A stretch of DNA of 64,000 nt from Vermamoeba vermiformis (taxonomy: Eukaryota). Numbering within the stretch: the first letter of the stretch is position 1; every line of letters begins with the position of its first letter. The position numbers were made by a program, and so were the translations under genes. Shown here piece by piece: positions 27,048-39,497 of the stretch. A model generated the notes under the pieces. That model did not search any database, was not told the origin of the DNA, and saw only the letters and a program-made list of their open reading frames with translations. Where the stretch lies: assembly GCA_045837725.1 (NCBI GenBank), contig JBEWZL010000099.1, positions 1 through 64,000 of the forward strand, written 5' to 3'.

Positions 27048-29189
27048 TTAGTTGTTGCCCTTCAACATGCGTTGCATATCGACGGCAGCTGTTCCGATAC
27101 CGCGCAACTGGAACTTTTCTTGAAGAATGGAGAGCATGGTCGGTGTGCAGAAAGCAGGCAAGTGAGGACCGAGGTGAATGTTCTTGATGCCCAAGTGCAA
27201 CAAAGTCAACAGAACGGCGACGGCCTTTTGTTCGAACCATGAAACGACGAACGACAAAGGTAAGCCGTTGACGTCAGTGTTGAAAGCCTTGGCTAATCCA
27301 CTCGCGATTTGAATAGCAGAGTAGGCGTCGTTACATTGACCAACGTCGAGCAAACGAGGAATGCCACCAATGTCACCAAACTCGTACTTGTTGAAGCGAT
27401 ACTTGCCGCAAGCCAGAGTCAGAATGACGGAGTCCTTGGGAGCGTTCAAAGCCATATCCTTGAAGTAGTTTCGTTCACCTTCAGCACCGTCGCAACCACC
27501 GATGAGGAAGAAGTGCTTGATGGCACCGCTCTTGACGGCCTCGAAGACCTTGTCATCGACACCCAAAACTGCATTTCTGCCAAAGCCGACAGTGACGTAC
27601 TTGGGCTTCTCGTCTTGTTCGAAACCTTTCATTTCCTTGGCAATCTTGATGACCTCAGAGAAGTCGTCGCCTTGGATGTGCTTGACGCCGGGCCAGCCGA
27701 CGACGTTGCGAGTGAAGATGCGATCCTTGTAGCCTTTCTTGGGCTCAATGATGCAGTTGGTGGTCACAACGATGGGACCAGGGAAGGCGCTGAACTCGAG
27801 CTTTTGCAATTGCCAAGCACCTCCGTAGTTGCCGACCAAGTGCTTGTACTTCTTCAAGCCAGGGTAGCCGTGAGCGGGCAACAACTCGCCGTGAGTGTAG
27901 ACGTTAATGCCAGTGCCTTCAGTCTGCTTCAAGATGTTCTCGAGGTCCTTCAAGTCGTGACCGGAGACCAAGATGCACTTGCCCTTAACAGCGTGAATAG
28001 GAACGCGAGTAGGAGTGGGGTGACCGAATTGTTCAGTAGCACCGGCGTCCAAGATTTCCACTGAGACAACACGTAAGTCAACTATGTTTAAATGGCTCAT
28101 ATTATACTACTTACTAATCTTTAAGTTGAGTTCTCCGACCTTCATAGCCATGCCCAAGTACTCCTCGACGGTTGCATTTTCGCGTGCCAAAAAGTCGAGG
28201 ACTTCGTGGACCATAGTGTAGATCACGTCGCTCTCCTTGCCCAAGATTTCAGCGTGCTCGGCGTAAGCAGCGGCACCCTTCAAGCCGTAGGTAATCAATT
28301 CTTGCAAACCAACAACGTCGTTGCCGTATTTGACTTGGCGGGGCTTGATACCAACTTCATTGCCTTGTTCAGTCATCTTCTCGACGTCGGCTTTGTCGGC
28401 GAGCTTGAATTGAGCGGGGCCAGTGAGGCGTTCAGGCACTTTGCCTTGTTTCATGCAAGCTTCTTCGTACATAGTTCTGGCCTTGTTCAAAAGTCGCTCG
28501 GCAGTGTTCAAGTATTGTACGAATCGATCGGCATCGAAGTTAACGTTGGTAAGTGTAGCAAAGAGCGATTTCAAAATGAAGATGTCGATCTCGTGATCTT
28601 TGATGTTCTGAAATTTTTCATGATTAGGGTCCGAAACTTGCTATAGTAAGACCTCGTACCATTTCTCTCAACTTCTTGGCATACATAGAGATACCCTTGT
28701 CGGCGTAGACTAAGAGATCTTGCAATGCGGCAACATCCGGTGTTTTGCCACAGACGCCGATTGTGGTGCAGCCTTTAACATCGCGAGTTTGTTCGCATTG
28801 GAAGCAGAACATAGGTTCTACGGTAAAGAGTTAATATTGATTAATCGAGTTAAACTAATTGTTGTTAAACTAATTGTTCCGTACCTTCAGATGTGTACAA
28901 CTTCTTGGTGGCAGTCTGGCCAGCAGGGACAGACTTCATCCATTTGTTCGAAGTGCTGATAGATCGCTTCTGTTGATTGATCTTGGTAGCAGCTGATTGG
29001 AACAGAGTACGGCTATTACGAGATGTAACAGAAGAAGTTGTTGATTTCTAAAAGAAAGGGTAAGCATTACTGCTAATAACTCAAAATCGACTACTAAGGT
29101 AAATCGACAATAGAATTTCCTCAAAAGGAGCAAGATGAGCGACTTACCAACAAACTACGGAGAGCAGCGCGCGATACGTTCAAAGCCAT
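27048..29189 (-). CDS. hcp: Hybrid cluster protein (prismane, hydroxylamine/NO reductase) with N-terminal mitochondrial-type presequence
   Basis: [19 protein letters not shown] cubane motif; GHD, HGE, TTNC, GGCDG, LACGK, WFEQKA; two 5' exons add [50 protein letters not shown]. Confidence 0.95.
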
Positions 29190-29512
29190 CTGGAAAAGTG
29201 AAGAAGGAGCTCTTGTGGTCTATTGATGCTAAATCAGAAGTGATTTGTCTTCGGACCCCCTCCGACGATTTTATCTTGGACGTCTCCGGAAAAAGTTGCT
29301 TTTTTTCACTGAACCGTCCGATTTCATATTTATTTGGGCCAATCAGGACGATGCAATCAAACCTGACGGGATTATTTTCCAGCATTGCAGCGGTATTTAA
29401 CGAGGAGTCATGAAAACGCTCCTTGTTTAGTTATTAATTTATCGTGATCTCGGAACTACATCCGAAGTCATACGTTTTTATCAACAATTTTATTGCTCAG
29501 TAACGCTAAACA
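29190..29512. promoter_or_regulatory. Putative bidirectional promoter between hcp and the diflavin reductase
   Basis: 323 bp between the divergent ATGs at 29189 (-) and 29513 (+); no specific motif identified. Confidence 0.55.
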
Positions 29513-32083
29513 ATGAGCTTCAGCTTAATAGTAAAGCGATGCGTAGGCCTAGCCAAACCATCCGGTGCCACTCAACATGCCAGGAATTCGTTCAGAATCG
29601 GATCGACATTCAGAAGATGCAGCACGCAGGTGAGATAGGTTTACCTTAATTTCATAACTTTTAAATTTTAATGCTTGCTGGCAGGTGGCTGCAGCTAAAC
29701 CTCCATTGAAAATATTTTTCGGCTCGCAGACTGGCACTGCGACTTTATTTAGCAATATGCTGGCAAAAGAAGCAAAAGATAAATCATGGGACTCAGCTGT
29801 GGTTGATATGGACGAATATGATCCGGTAAGTTTCAGAAATCCAATCTGAAAATTTGTTGCGTTTTTTTGCTAACGATCGTTTCAGGAAAATTTAAGTAAC
29901 GAAAAATTAGTTGTGTTTGTTACATCGTGCTTTGGACGCGGAGAGCCTACAGATAATGCGAGGAAGATGTATAACTGGCTAATGGTACGCATCCGGATTT
30001 AGTTTATTCCTAATTGGGACTTATCGTAACGGTAGGCGAAGGATGCAAGCAACAAGCCTTTACAAGGAGTAAAATATGCTGTGTTTGGCTTGGGTAGCTC
30101 AGCGTACGACTGCGACAGGTAATAGCTTTTTTTCAGCGTGCGCGATCTAGTTTCCATACTAATGCACGTGATAGATTTCAAGCAGTTGGTCGCGCAATCG
30201 ATAAAAAGATGCAAGAGCTCGGAGCTGAACAAGTTTGTCCTCGAGGTGAAGGTGATGACGCCAATGAGTAAGTACAATCATTTCGACAACTGTGGTACGC
30301 ACGTTGCTAAACTGACCACTCCTTCAGCATTGATGAAGATTGGGAGAAATGGACTCCGACTCTATGGGACCATTTATCGACCAAGTTTATGGTTGATAAA
30401 GAAGAGGCCACTCAAAGCACAAGCGCACCAAAAGAATCAGATCCGCATGTTATCTTTGCGGCTAAAAGCGCAGAAGACAAGTCCCCGAGCAAAGTCACAT
30501 ACTACAAACAGTTCAACGAGAAGGTTTTCGACATTAAGAACCCTTATGTATCTCGCGTGGACTTGTCTGAAGAGTTGCATACCCCGCTCAGTGGCAGGTA
30601 GGTAACGCTTACCCTTTTCATTTTTGAAGCTTGTGTATATTAATTAAACCGTACTTAACTTAGATCTTGCAAACACATCGCATTTGACATCAAGAATACG
30701 AATATTACGTATCAGGCTGGCGATTATTTGGGCGTATTTCCTAAGAACGAGCAGCCTCTTGTCGCAGCCGCAGCCGAGTATTTAAAGAAGGATTTGGATG
30801 CCGAGTTTTCGTTGACTCAAGCCGGCCTGAACGGTAGGATTTTAGCCGGATCTAAACTTTTGCTAACTGGATTACAGAACTGTTGCCCAAGATTCCACAC
30901 ACGTTCCCCAATCCTTGCACTGTCCGCGAAGCGTTGACGGAATATTGTGACCTAACGTCACCTCCTCGCAAATCGTTCTTGCGTGCAATGGCAGATCTCG
31001 CCGAAGATCCTCGCGAGAAAGAGAGCTTGAATTATTTAGCCTCATTGGACTTTGCCACCAAACGAGAGGAGATTGAGCGAGCTCTGTATTACAAGAACTT
31101 GCTTGAGTTTTTGAGCCAATACCCGAGTGTCAAAATGTCATTCGACAAGTTGCTCGAGTTGACACCTGCTTTGCAATGCCGATACTACTCTATCTCATCC
31201 TCGCCGTTGGTAAGCTTGTCGGTCACAATACTAAAACACAATTGCTAATACAATGGCTGGTTTTCAGGTCGTGCCCGATCACGTCGAAATTACCTGCGTC
31301 CGACATCTGTTCACATCGCCTTACGAAAACAAATCAATGCGCGGCTTGTGCTCGAATTATTTGACGAGCTTGCACACCGGAGATCAGATCAAAATGTTCG
31401 TCAAGCCATCGTTGTTCAAGTTGCCTGGTACGTACACCATGGACCACATCCGATCCGTGTTTGAAAGTAATTCTCAGGATTAACCTATTTATTCTATTAG
31501 ACGATCCTATGAGGCCTATCGTTATGTTCGCTGCTGGCACTGGTCTTGCGCCATTCAGAGGATTCATGCAAGAGCGATCATTCATCTACAATAAGATTGG
31601 TTAGTACCTGTTACTTAGCTAATTTAGAGCAACTACTAATATACACTATAATATTTAGGCAAGATCGGCAAGAATTTGTTGTTCTTTGGCTGCTTTGATA
31701 GAAAGAAGGACTTTATCTACGCCAACGAATTGAAGAAGTACCAAGATATGGGCATTCTGGACTTAGTCACTGCATTCTCGCACGAACAAGAAGAGCGCAT
31801 ATTCGTCCAACATCGAATGAAGCAACACGCAGCCGAGATCTGGCGCCTGATCAGCAAAGAAAACGCTATCATCTACGTTTGTGGGTGAGTTTAAGCATCG
31901 CAATATGTATAATAGTAATGTGACTAATGTATTGGCAATAGATCTAAGCCTATGGGCGATGGTGTAAATACGACGCTGGCACAAATTATTATCGCTGAAG
32001 GAGGGCTGTCAAATGACCAAACGCGTGAATTCATCGCTAATATGATCAACGAGCACTTGTATCAGGTCGACGTCTTCGAATAA
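29513..32083 (+). CDS. Diflavin (FMN/FAD/NAD(P)H) oxidoreductase, cytochrome P450 reductase-like, lacking the ER anchor
   Basis: FFGSQTGTA, SCFGRGEPTDNA, YAVFGLG, YQAGDYLGVFP, RYYSISSSP, GLCSNYL, AAGTGLAPFRGF, IYVCG, YQVDVFE*; exon 1 MSFSLIVKRCVGLAKPSGATQHARNSFRIGSTFRRCSTQ. Confidence 0.9.
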
Positions 32084-32444
32084 TGTAATGTAATAATAAT
32101 TTTAATTGTAAATACATAAAAACTGTCTTGTAACCTCCTACGATTTGTGATCCGTCGTATTTCATTTTTACGAATAAAACGGAGTGCAGTAGCACTTCAT
32201 ACGAGGAGTAATTCAATGAGCTGGTTCGATGATTATCTGCACCAAATTGAAGCCTCATTTACCTTATTGCAAATATTTCGGATCTTGGGCTTGGTTCAAT
32301 TTCCGCTCTCACGATTAATATGCTTTATAATATTACGTAATAAAGTTAAAAATAATGATAAATTTAAAGCTAAGTATTGTCGGTAAGTTTGTCACTTTAC
32401 AATCGGATTTAGCTTGGATCTGTCAATACAAACATTCATTAATC

Positions 32445-33121
32445 ATGACATTTAGGGATACAGTGCTCAGTGTTTTAAGAATATTTTTTATGGTTAGTGC
32501 AATCATAATCGCAACTTTGTCCTTTGTCTTAAAAGAACAGATTCTCGCAGATTGACGTCGAGCCAGTAAGACGCCAAATTTCTGCACAATTATTCGTTAA
32601 ATAATTCTATTAAATAGAGGTTCATAGTAATCTTTGCTTGCGTTGGAGCGGCAATCGTGTCAAGCGGCTGTGTCCTTTTGTACTACGCAACTTTTACTCT
32701 GATCAGGGCAGCCAAACAGCACGATTTACCTGTAAGCGTAAAGCATTATATAGACATGATACAAATATTGATATTCGACTAGAATTTAGTATCTTGGGGA
32801 CCGTTTCGTCTCATGCGACATCCAATGCACGGCTCGTTTCTTTTCTTTGTGATAGGAGGCCTAGCACTGCGCTTGAATTGGTTATTCGTGAGCTTGATGT
32901 TCATGAGCTGGATATGTGGCGTACTTGCCTTGCGGAGTGAGGAAGAGAGGCTGGTGGCGAAGTACAAAGATGACTACATCCGTTACAAATTACAAGTCGG
33001 TGCTTTTTTACCTTGCACTGCGTGGGATTGTGGCATACCCTTTGAAGACGCGCATTTGATTGCTATTAACGGTGATGTAACGAGTCCATTGCTAGCGGAT
33101 TCCAGGCAAGGAATAAATTAA
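32445..33121 (+). CDS. ICMT/PEMT-family membrane methyltransferase-like protein
   Basis: WGPFRLMRHPMH, EEERLVAKYKDDYIRYKLQVGAFLP. Confidence 0.7.
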
Positions 33122-33513
33122 CTCGATCGGATCCAATGTGTCACTACATATTAGGAGCTCTATAATCTTATTAGTCGACTTGCATATTGCATATGCTGCT
33201 TTGAATATCAGAAACTACGCTGGTTGCCGACTAGCGTTTATGTTTGATCCAGATCTGAAACAAACGGACCTCCGAACAATAACCCCGTTCTGCCGTAATT
33301 CCTTGCGCGCAATATTTAAAAAAGCTTCCAACCAACGGCGAGCGATATTGGAACCTTCTATCACCTTCCTTATAAGGAAGAAACGAGATTGCATAAGTAT
33401 ACAATCCAATCGCTAGAAGACTGCTAGAAGATTTCGGTAACAACTATAAATACCATTGCCGAGTCATCAATCAGTTCATTGACCTCCTAATATCAACCAC
33501 ACCACTTCCACTC

Positions 33514-34220
33514 ATGTCTCAACTCACTGTTTTTGGATTGCGCGGCGCTACGTGCACTCGACGCGTCTTGGCTACGCTAGAAGAGATCGGATTGCCTTAT
33601 CAATTCGAGACTACTGGCATGGACAAGATTAAAACGCCGGATTACCTTGCCAATATGCACCCCTTCGGCAAAGTTCCGGTTCTTCGAGATGGCGACTACC
33701 AAATCTACGAATCTCGTGCCATTGCTCGCTACATTGCCTCTGCTTATGATAGGACCGGTACTCTATATCCTAACGATGCTAAAGCTCGCGGAATTATCGA
33801 GCAGTGGATCTCTGTCGAGCAATCGTATTACAACGCAGCTGAAGAAGTCGTTGCTCAAACTATCTTTGCTAAATTTAGAGGCGTACCTACCGACGAAGCC
33901 AAGCTCAAGGACGCTGAGAAGCGTTTGGCTGACACACTTGTTGTTCTCGACGCTCACTTGGCTAAATCCAAGTTCTTCGCTGGCGAAAACTTTACCGTGG
34001 CCGGTAAGCAATGAATTATGGACCTAAAAGACGTAATTAGCATATTTATAACATTATTGCTTATTTAGATATTGTTTACTTGCCTTACACGCATCTTATT
34101 GTGAATGCGCTTCCTCAGTACGCAGATTTGTTGGGTAAACACAAAAACTTCATGCGCTGGTGGCAAGACGTATCAAGTAGACCTTCGTGGAAGAAAGCGT
34201 CGTCTGCTTCTGAGTGGTAA
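33514..34220 (+). CDS. Glutathione S-transferase, Phi-like
   Basis: ATCTRRVL, HPFGKVP, YESRAIARYIA, FFAGENFTVAD, WWQDVSSRPSW. Confidence 0.92.
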
Positions 34221-34657
34221 CGAACAACTGTAGCGTTTGTTACGAAAATAAAGTAAAAATACTTCTGATCCAGACCCCAAAAAATCTAAAAAAATCTAAT
34301 AATCATGCAAATCAGAGGATAAATTCGGTAAAAAATTAATTTAATTAAACTACCTTTCCAAATATTCCATTAGCTGTAATTAATCGTTCAAAAATGGTTC
34401 GGTGATTGAATCTACATTATCCTCACCATTTGCATTGGTGGCTCTGTCGTGGTAACACCGGTCATGAGTCCACTAAATTGAGTATTCGAAATTTACGGGT
34501 CAAAATCTGGTAGATTTTAACCGACACAAATGCAAGTTAAATTTGATAAACTGGAAATTTGGCTTGTTTTCGCTGACATAAATATCCGCCGAGGTCAAAT
34601 TCGTTAATTTACCAACTTATCAACGCCACACATCTCAGTCGAAGCACCAACACCTAA

Positions 34658-36090
34658 ATGAAATTCGTTGCGGTCCTTTTGTTCGCTTTGGTGGTCTCCA
34701 CATTCGCCCACAACGGTAAATAGTTTAAATTCAAACCGTTAGCCCTTATATTCACATATTAACGATCACTTATATAGGCCATAAAGTTCACAAGGTCGTA
34801 CAATTAAGCAGCGAACCATCGATCAAAGGACCGTTGACTTACAACGCGATCCCCATTAGCATCTTCTCTGACGGCACTGTTGTTTTTACTGTCGCTCCTG
34901 CTAACTCCAAAAATTCTTTGGACTTCGAGGAGACTGACCGCGCCGCCAGACAAGTGCTTACAGGAAAGGTTGATTTGGACAATTTGGCAGATCTTCTTAT
35001 GCACGCTGTCGACAATGAATATACTAAGCTCGAGGTATGTATTGGAGTTCATTACTACGAAATTGCCACTTTTTCTTATAATTGTCGGTTTTTCTGAAAT
35101 GGCAAGAAACTGATTTTTGGATTTAACAGAACTCTTATGCCACTGAGAACGAGAAGCCTAATGACAGCGCTACCTGCTTGACTATCTACGACAAGCACGG
35201 AGCTACTCAATCTTGCGAATTGAACACGAACGCTGCTCCCAAATTGTTCCAAGATCTCGTTTGCAAGGTGAGTTTAGAACAATAAACCGACTTAGTGTCA
35301 CGTTATTAACGTTTCTAATAACAGATTCGTGCTCTCATTGCCTCTGCCGAAGAAGTCAAGCCTTTTGTCCCCGAGTCAGCCTACATCCGCGCGTACTCGA
35401 TCAGCAAAAAGGGTGTTGCTCTCGCTTCGATCTGGGAAGGAAAACAACTCTTAGTCGACTCCGAGAAGGGAGTCTGGCTCCACAAGAAGGATGCTGCTAT
35501 GGCATTCGAAGCTGCAGTTAAGGGCACCGTGTTCGACTATCAAGGTCAATACGTTGAACTTACTGCTCAAGTTCACGGCGTTTCGCTCGTTGATCCGATG
35601 AACAAGGAGGAACAAGTTGAGGCTCAAAATGGTAAATAGCCTTATGAACGGACAGATCTGCTATTATTACAGTTCTAACGTAATTTTGTTAGCTGCTAAC
35701 GCCGCCAAGTTCCACATTGCCATGATCATTGTTATGGCAGCGGTTGCCGCTTTTATCATTGCCGCTGTTGTCTTCTTCATGGTCTCTTGCTGCTCTAAGG
35801 TGGTCAAGGCCTACGAGAGCGACGAGCACCTCTGCGACGAAGAAGAGGGCGGTTATTCTGCTCGCGAAGAAGACGAGTCGGATGAGGAACGTCCCGAAGA
35901 AGAAACTCCGTTCTTGTCTGTCCACACCGAAGAGCCCGTTCAAACTATTGCCGAGCCTACGCAATATTTCTACGTCATTCCTCAAAATCAAGTCGTGTTC
36001 CCGACTGGCGCTGAGCATTACTTGTTGCCCAACAACTTTGGTCCTTTTCCTCAAGCTTTGTCGTACAATCCCCATGAACAACAGCAATAA
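34658..36090 (+). CDS. Type I membrane protein of unknown function
   Basis: Signal peptide MKFVAVLLFALVVSTFA; multi-exon ectodomain; one TM segment (IAMIIVMAAVAAFIIAAVVFFMVSCC); acidic tail. Confidence 0.75.
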
Positions 36091-36132
36091 GTTGTATATT
36101 ATATAAATTTGTCTATTTATAACTGGTACTAG

Positions 36133-39100
36133 TTACATCGCGCTTTTTCCTTGAGTGGATCCAGCACCACCGTGAGGCGAGTCGATAGAGGTAGAAGTGG
36201 GACTAACAATCATAGATACTGGACGTGTTGATCGTTGTCTAGTTAGCATATTAAATTAGTTATTGAGCGTGTTAGAAGTGCTAAGACGTACTGCTTAATG
36301 AGGGCATCCGGAGCTCGATCCGCTGGGAATTTGAAGATGTAGTAGACAATGCGGCCAAATATGACGAATAGTGTTATCGTAAATATCATGATAATACCCA
36401 AAGTAATTAAGATCCACCACACGACGTAAAAGTCCGAGATCACGTACAGGATCGAGATGAAGATCGCGGCTGTTACAAAGAAGCTGTAAATCTATAAAGA
36501 TATTAGTACTACTCTTATAATGCGCTTATATATGGTCTTACTGAGATGCCAACGAACTTCGATTCACGATAGAAAGTGATCGCTTTGCGTGTTTTGATTG
36601 ACAAGTAAACTCCGAAGCCCATTAATACGGCCTATAATATTAATATATGAATTAGAATACGAGGTGTGGGTATATTAATCATTACCTTTGCGAATAGCGA
36701 TACGGCAACAAAAGCGATTTGATTCCATTTGCAAACCACGGCTTGAGTCTGATCTTGAAGATTTTGCTGCAGAACGACCTCGGGCAAGTCAAATACTGTC
36801 CAGAGTACTAGCAAGACTATCTCGAAGAGGAGCAATAGGCCTAATAGTTTCAGTACTGCGACATCGGTCATTTTGAATTTCTTTAACTTCTTGTTCGAGA
36901 AGATCTTGTAGATTCGGAAATTCTTGAAGAACAAGCAGCTATGCAATATTATTAATATTATATATTTATACGAGCCATATTATACTTACCCGAATACTAA
37001 GACGAATCCAATGCTTGCAAGCCACAATCTGAAAGTGCATGAAACCACTGTTGGCACGCTCAAAAACGTGAATACAGTGCCGTAGCCAAACAAGACACCG
37101 AGCACAATAATCACGCAGAAGAGTAAGCTTGACGCCCTCACTATGAAGTGATCACGGCGAACTAAAAGAAGTATTCCGATAGCCAAAGCCAACGCTCTGA
37201 AGTACGTTAGTAAAAGTGAAAATTGGATCGCGCGAAAAATTTGTATTCTTACCCAAGTACGAGCGTTACAATAGCAATGCCAAGTCCAGCGGGGTGATTA
37301 AAGTCAATAAGGATGTCTTCGAATATTGCTGTTGAACAAAAAATTAGTTTTTTTAAATCCGTTACAAATCCAAAGAAGACTTACCGGTGTCAATTATATC
37401 GACAGAATAACTTATTTTAAAGCCTCTAAAGCCCAAATTGTTCGGAGAAAATGTCAAAAAGACACTAGTTGAATTAACCGTAATTGAAGGCGGAAGTATT
37501 TGGCCCGATAACGAAGTTAATTGGGTGCCAGTCGCTGATTCGCCTTCATATACATCTAAGTATAGAGTGTTAGTATATGAATATATGGGTTACATTAGCA
37601 ATACTTACTAACAGGGTTAGATCTTGCAACGTCGAAACGCAAAAAGTTCAAATTTAAATTTACTCCAAGAACTTTTCGCTTGCTGCTTTCAATTTGATCC
37701 AATGCCACGCTCGGTGATATGACCCAGTTGCATTGTACTGGTATTACAGGATTTTCAGCGTCGAAAGCAAATCCGTAGTTGCGATCTCCCCATCCGTTGT
37801 CAAAAATTCCGGAGTCTTTTGTCAATGTAACAGTTCCATTGCAGCCTATCAGCATAATTAATACGCGTATACGCATATCACGATGCCTTACCTAGCGAGC
37901 AATCATAAGAAAAAAATCCAAGTTCGCAATTGCAGATGCCGTTCTCATCGCAAGTTCCTGATTTGCAATCTCGTTCACAATTCCCTATAGAGATATTAAT
38001 ACACTACTATATTATGATATTCACGTACAATTTTCAGGCAAGCATTGAGCCCAATCGAGTACTTGGATCTGATAACTCGCCAACACTTCGTAACCATCAG
38101 CCGCGAATAAAAACAGCGTATAATTTCCTGGACGCCAGAATTGGAACGTGATACTATAATAAGAAATAGTATTAATATCGAGTTAATAATGACAATCCTG
38201 GTGTACCTTCCGGTTGGATTCGGTTGTCGGCCTGCGATTTTGACGCTGGGATTGCTCAAATAATACCATTCAGCTACATTATCCACAAGAGTATCGAGAT
38301 AGTAATCGCTATATAAGGCTATCCAATCGCTGAACAAAAAATTACTAAACTAAGAAAGAGGATCTAATTTTAAGTTTCGTACGTGTTCGTGGCTAATGAC
38401 TCTGGAATGTTCCAATATGCAGTAATGCTTTCATCACCACAATAAGGACCATATTTGTTCAATCTAAAGTCTAGTTGGGTCCGAACTTCAGTAAACCGGA
38501 TCGAGATCTGATTTTTAAAATTGACTTACTGATGTTGCAGGACTCGCCAAACCATTCATTTTCGCAACTACATTCACCGCGCACTTGATTGCACGTACCA
38601 TGCAAAGAACATTCGGCGGAACAACCTTGTCGGGAAGCATTTCGATTAGCAATTCAAAAAAATGATATTTCAAATATCAGATCAGAAAACTGCCGTACAC
38701 AAGATCATAATAAACGCAATATCGAGTGGAAATTAAATAAATGTTAAAATGGACTTACTTTGTACCCGGCATTCTTTCATCCAGTAAACGTTAAATTGTT
38801 CAAATCCACTAACTCCTTTCACTTCCCAAAACCAAACAATAATAGGAAAGGTATTTGCAGTGCAATTAAAACTTAAAGTGAAGTTTGTAACGCTACCTGC
38901 AGCGATAAATCCGTCAGATGGTAGCGACATCTCAAAACTAGACGACTCCACCGCTTAAATATGAGAAAATTAGCATAAAATACCAAATATTAAAGCAGAT
39001 ATAATACGAACACTTACTGAGCGGAACAGTAGTTAAACTGTAAGAATAATCTTGATCAGTTGAAAGACTGAACGTCACTGGTTGATCTTCAACGCGCAAA

Positions 39101-39279
39101 AATAAATTCGATTTAGCGCTCAATAAATCAGCGAAGTTTGCTTGTACTACGCCATTATTAATTAGTACAATTTCCGCTGAGTAAACTTGCGCTGTCAATG
39201 AGATGCTGCTTTTAACAGTTACAAAGAGCAAGCTCAACACTACCACGTGCACTATGTGTAAAGCACTAAGAGCAGCCAT
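36133..39279 (-). CDS. Family C (GABA-B/Grl-like) GPCR with EGF, SKICH-like and CUB ectodomain
   Basis: 7TM motifs IVRASSLLFC, CTFRLWL..GF.LVFG, KNFRIYKIF, FYRESKFVGISIY; EGF Cys patterns; CUB (CNWVI, FLRFDV, VYEG, GFRGFKISY). Confidence 0.85.
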
Positions 39280-39497
39280 AGTGGTGATCTTGTTAAATAA
39301 AATAAATTTTGAAATCGGAATTACAACGCGATTTATTGTCGAAAGACGATTTTGACGTGCACCAAAATGAATAAAAATTAATTCTAACTTTACTGCCGTA
39401 TACCATTGATGCCGATAAACAGGACACGCAGCGGCAAGCTTCGTGCACCGAAGGCAACTCTGGTTTATTTTTTTTTGTGCACAAAACGAGATCCAGT

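Noticed and set aside
27309-28646. 251-aa and 146-aa plus-strand ORFs
   Set aside because: Antisense shadows of the codon-biased hcp gene
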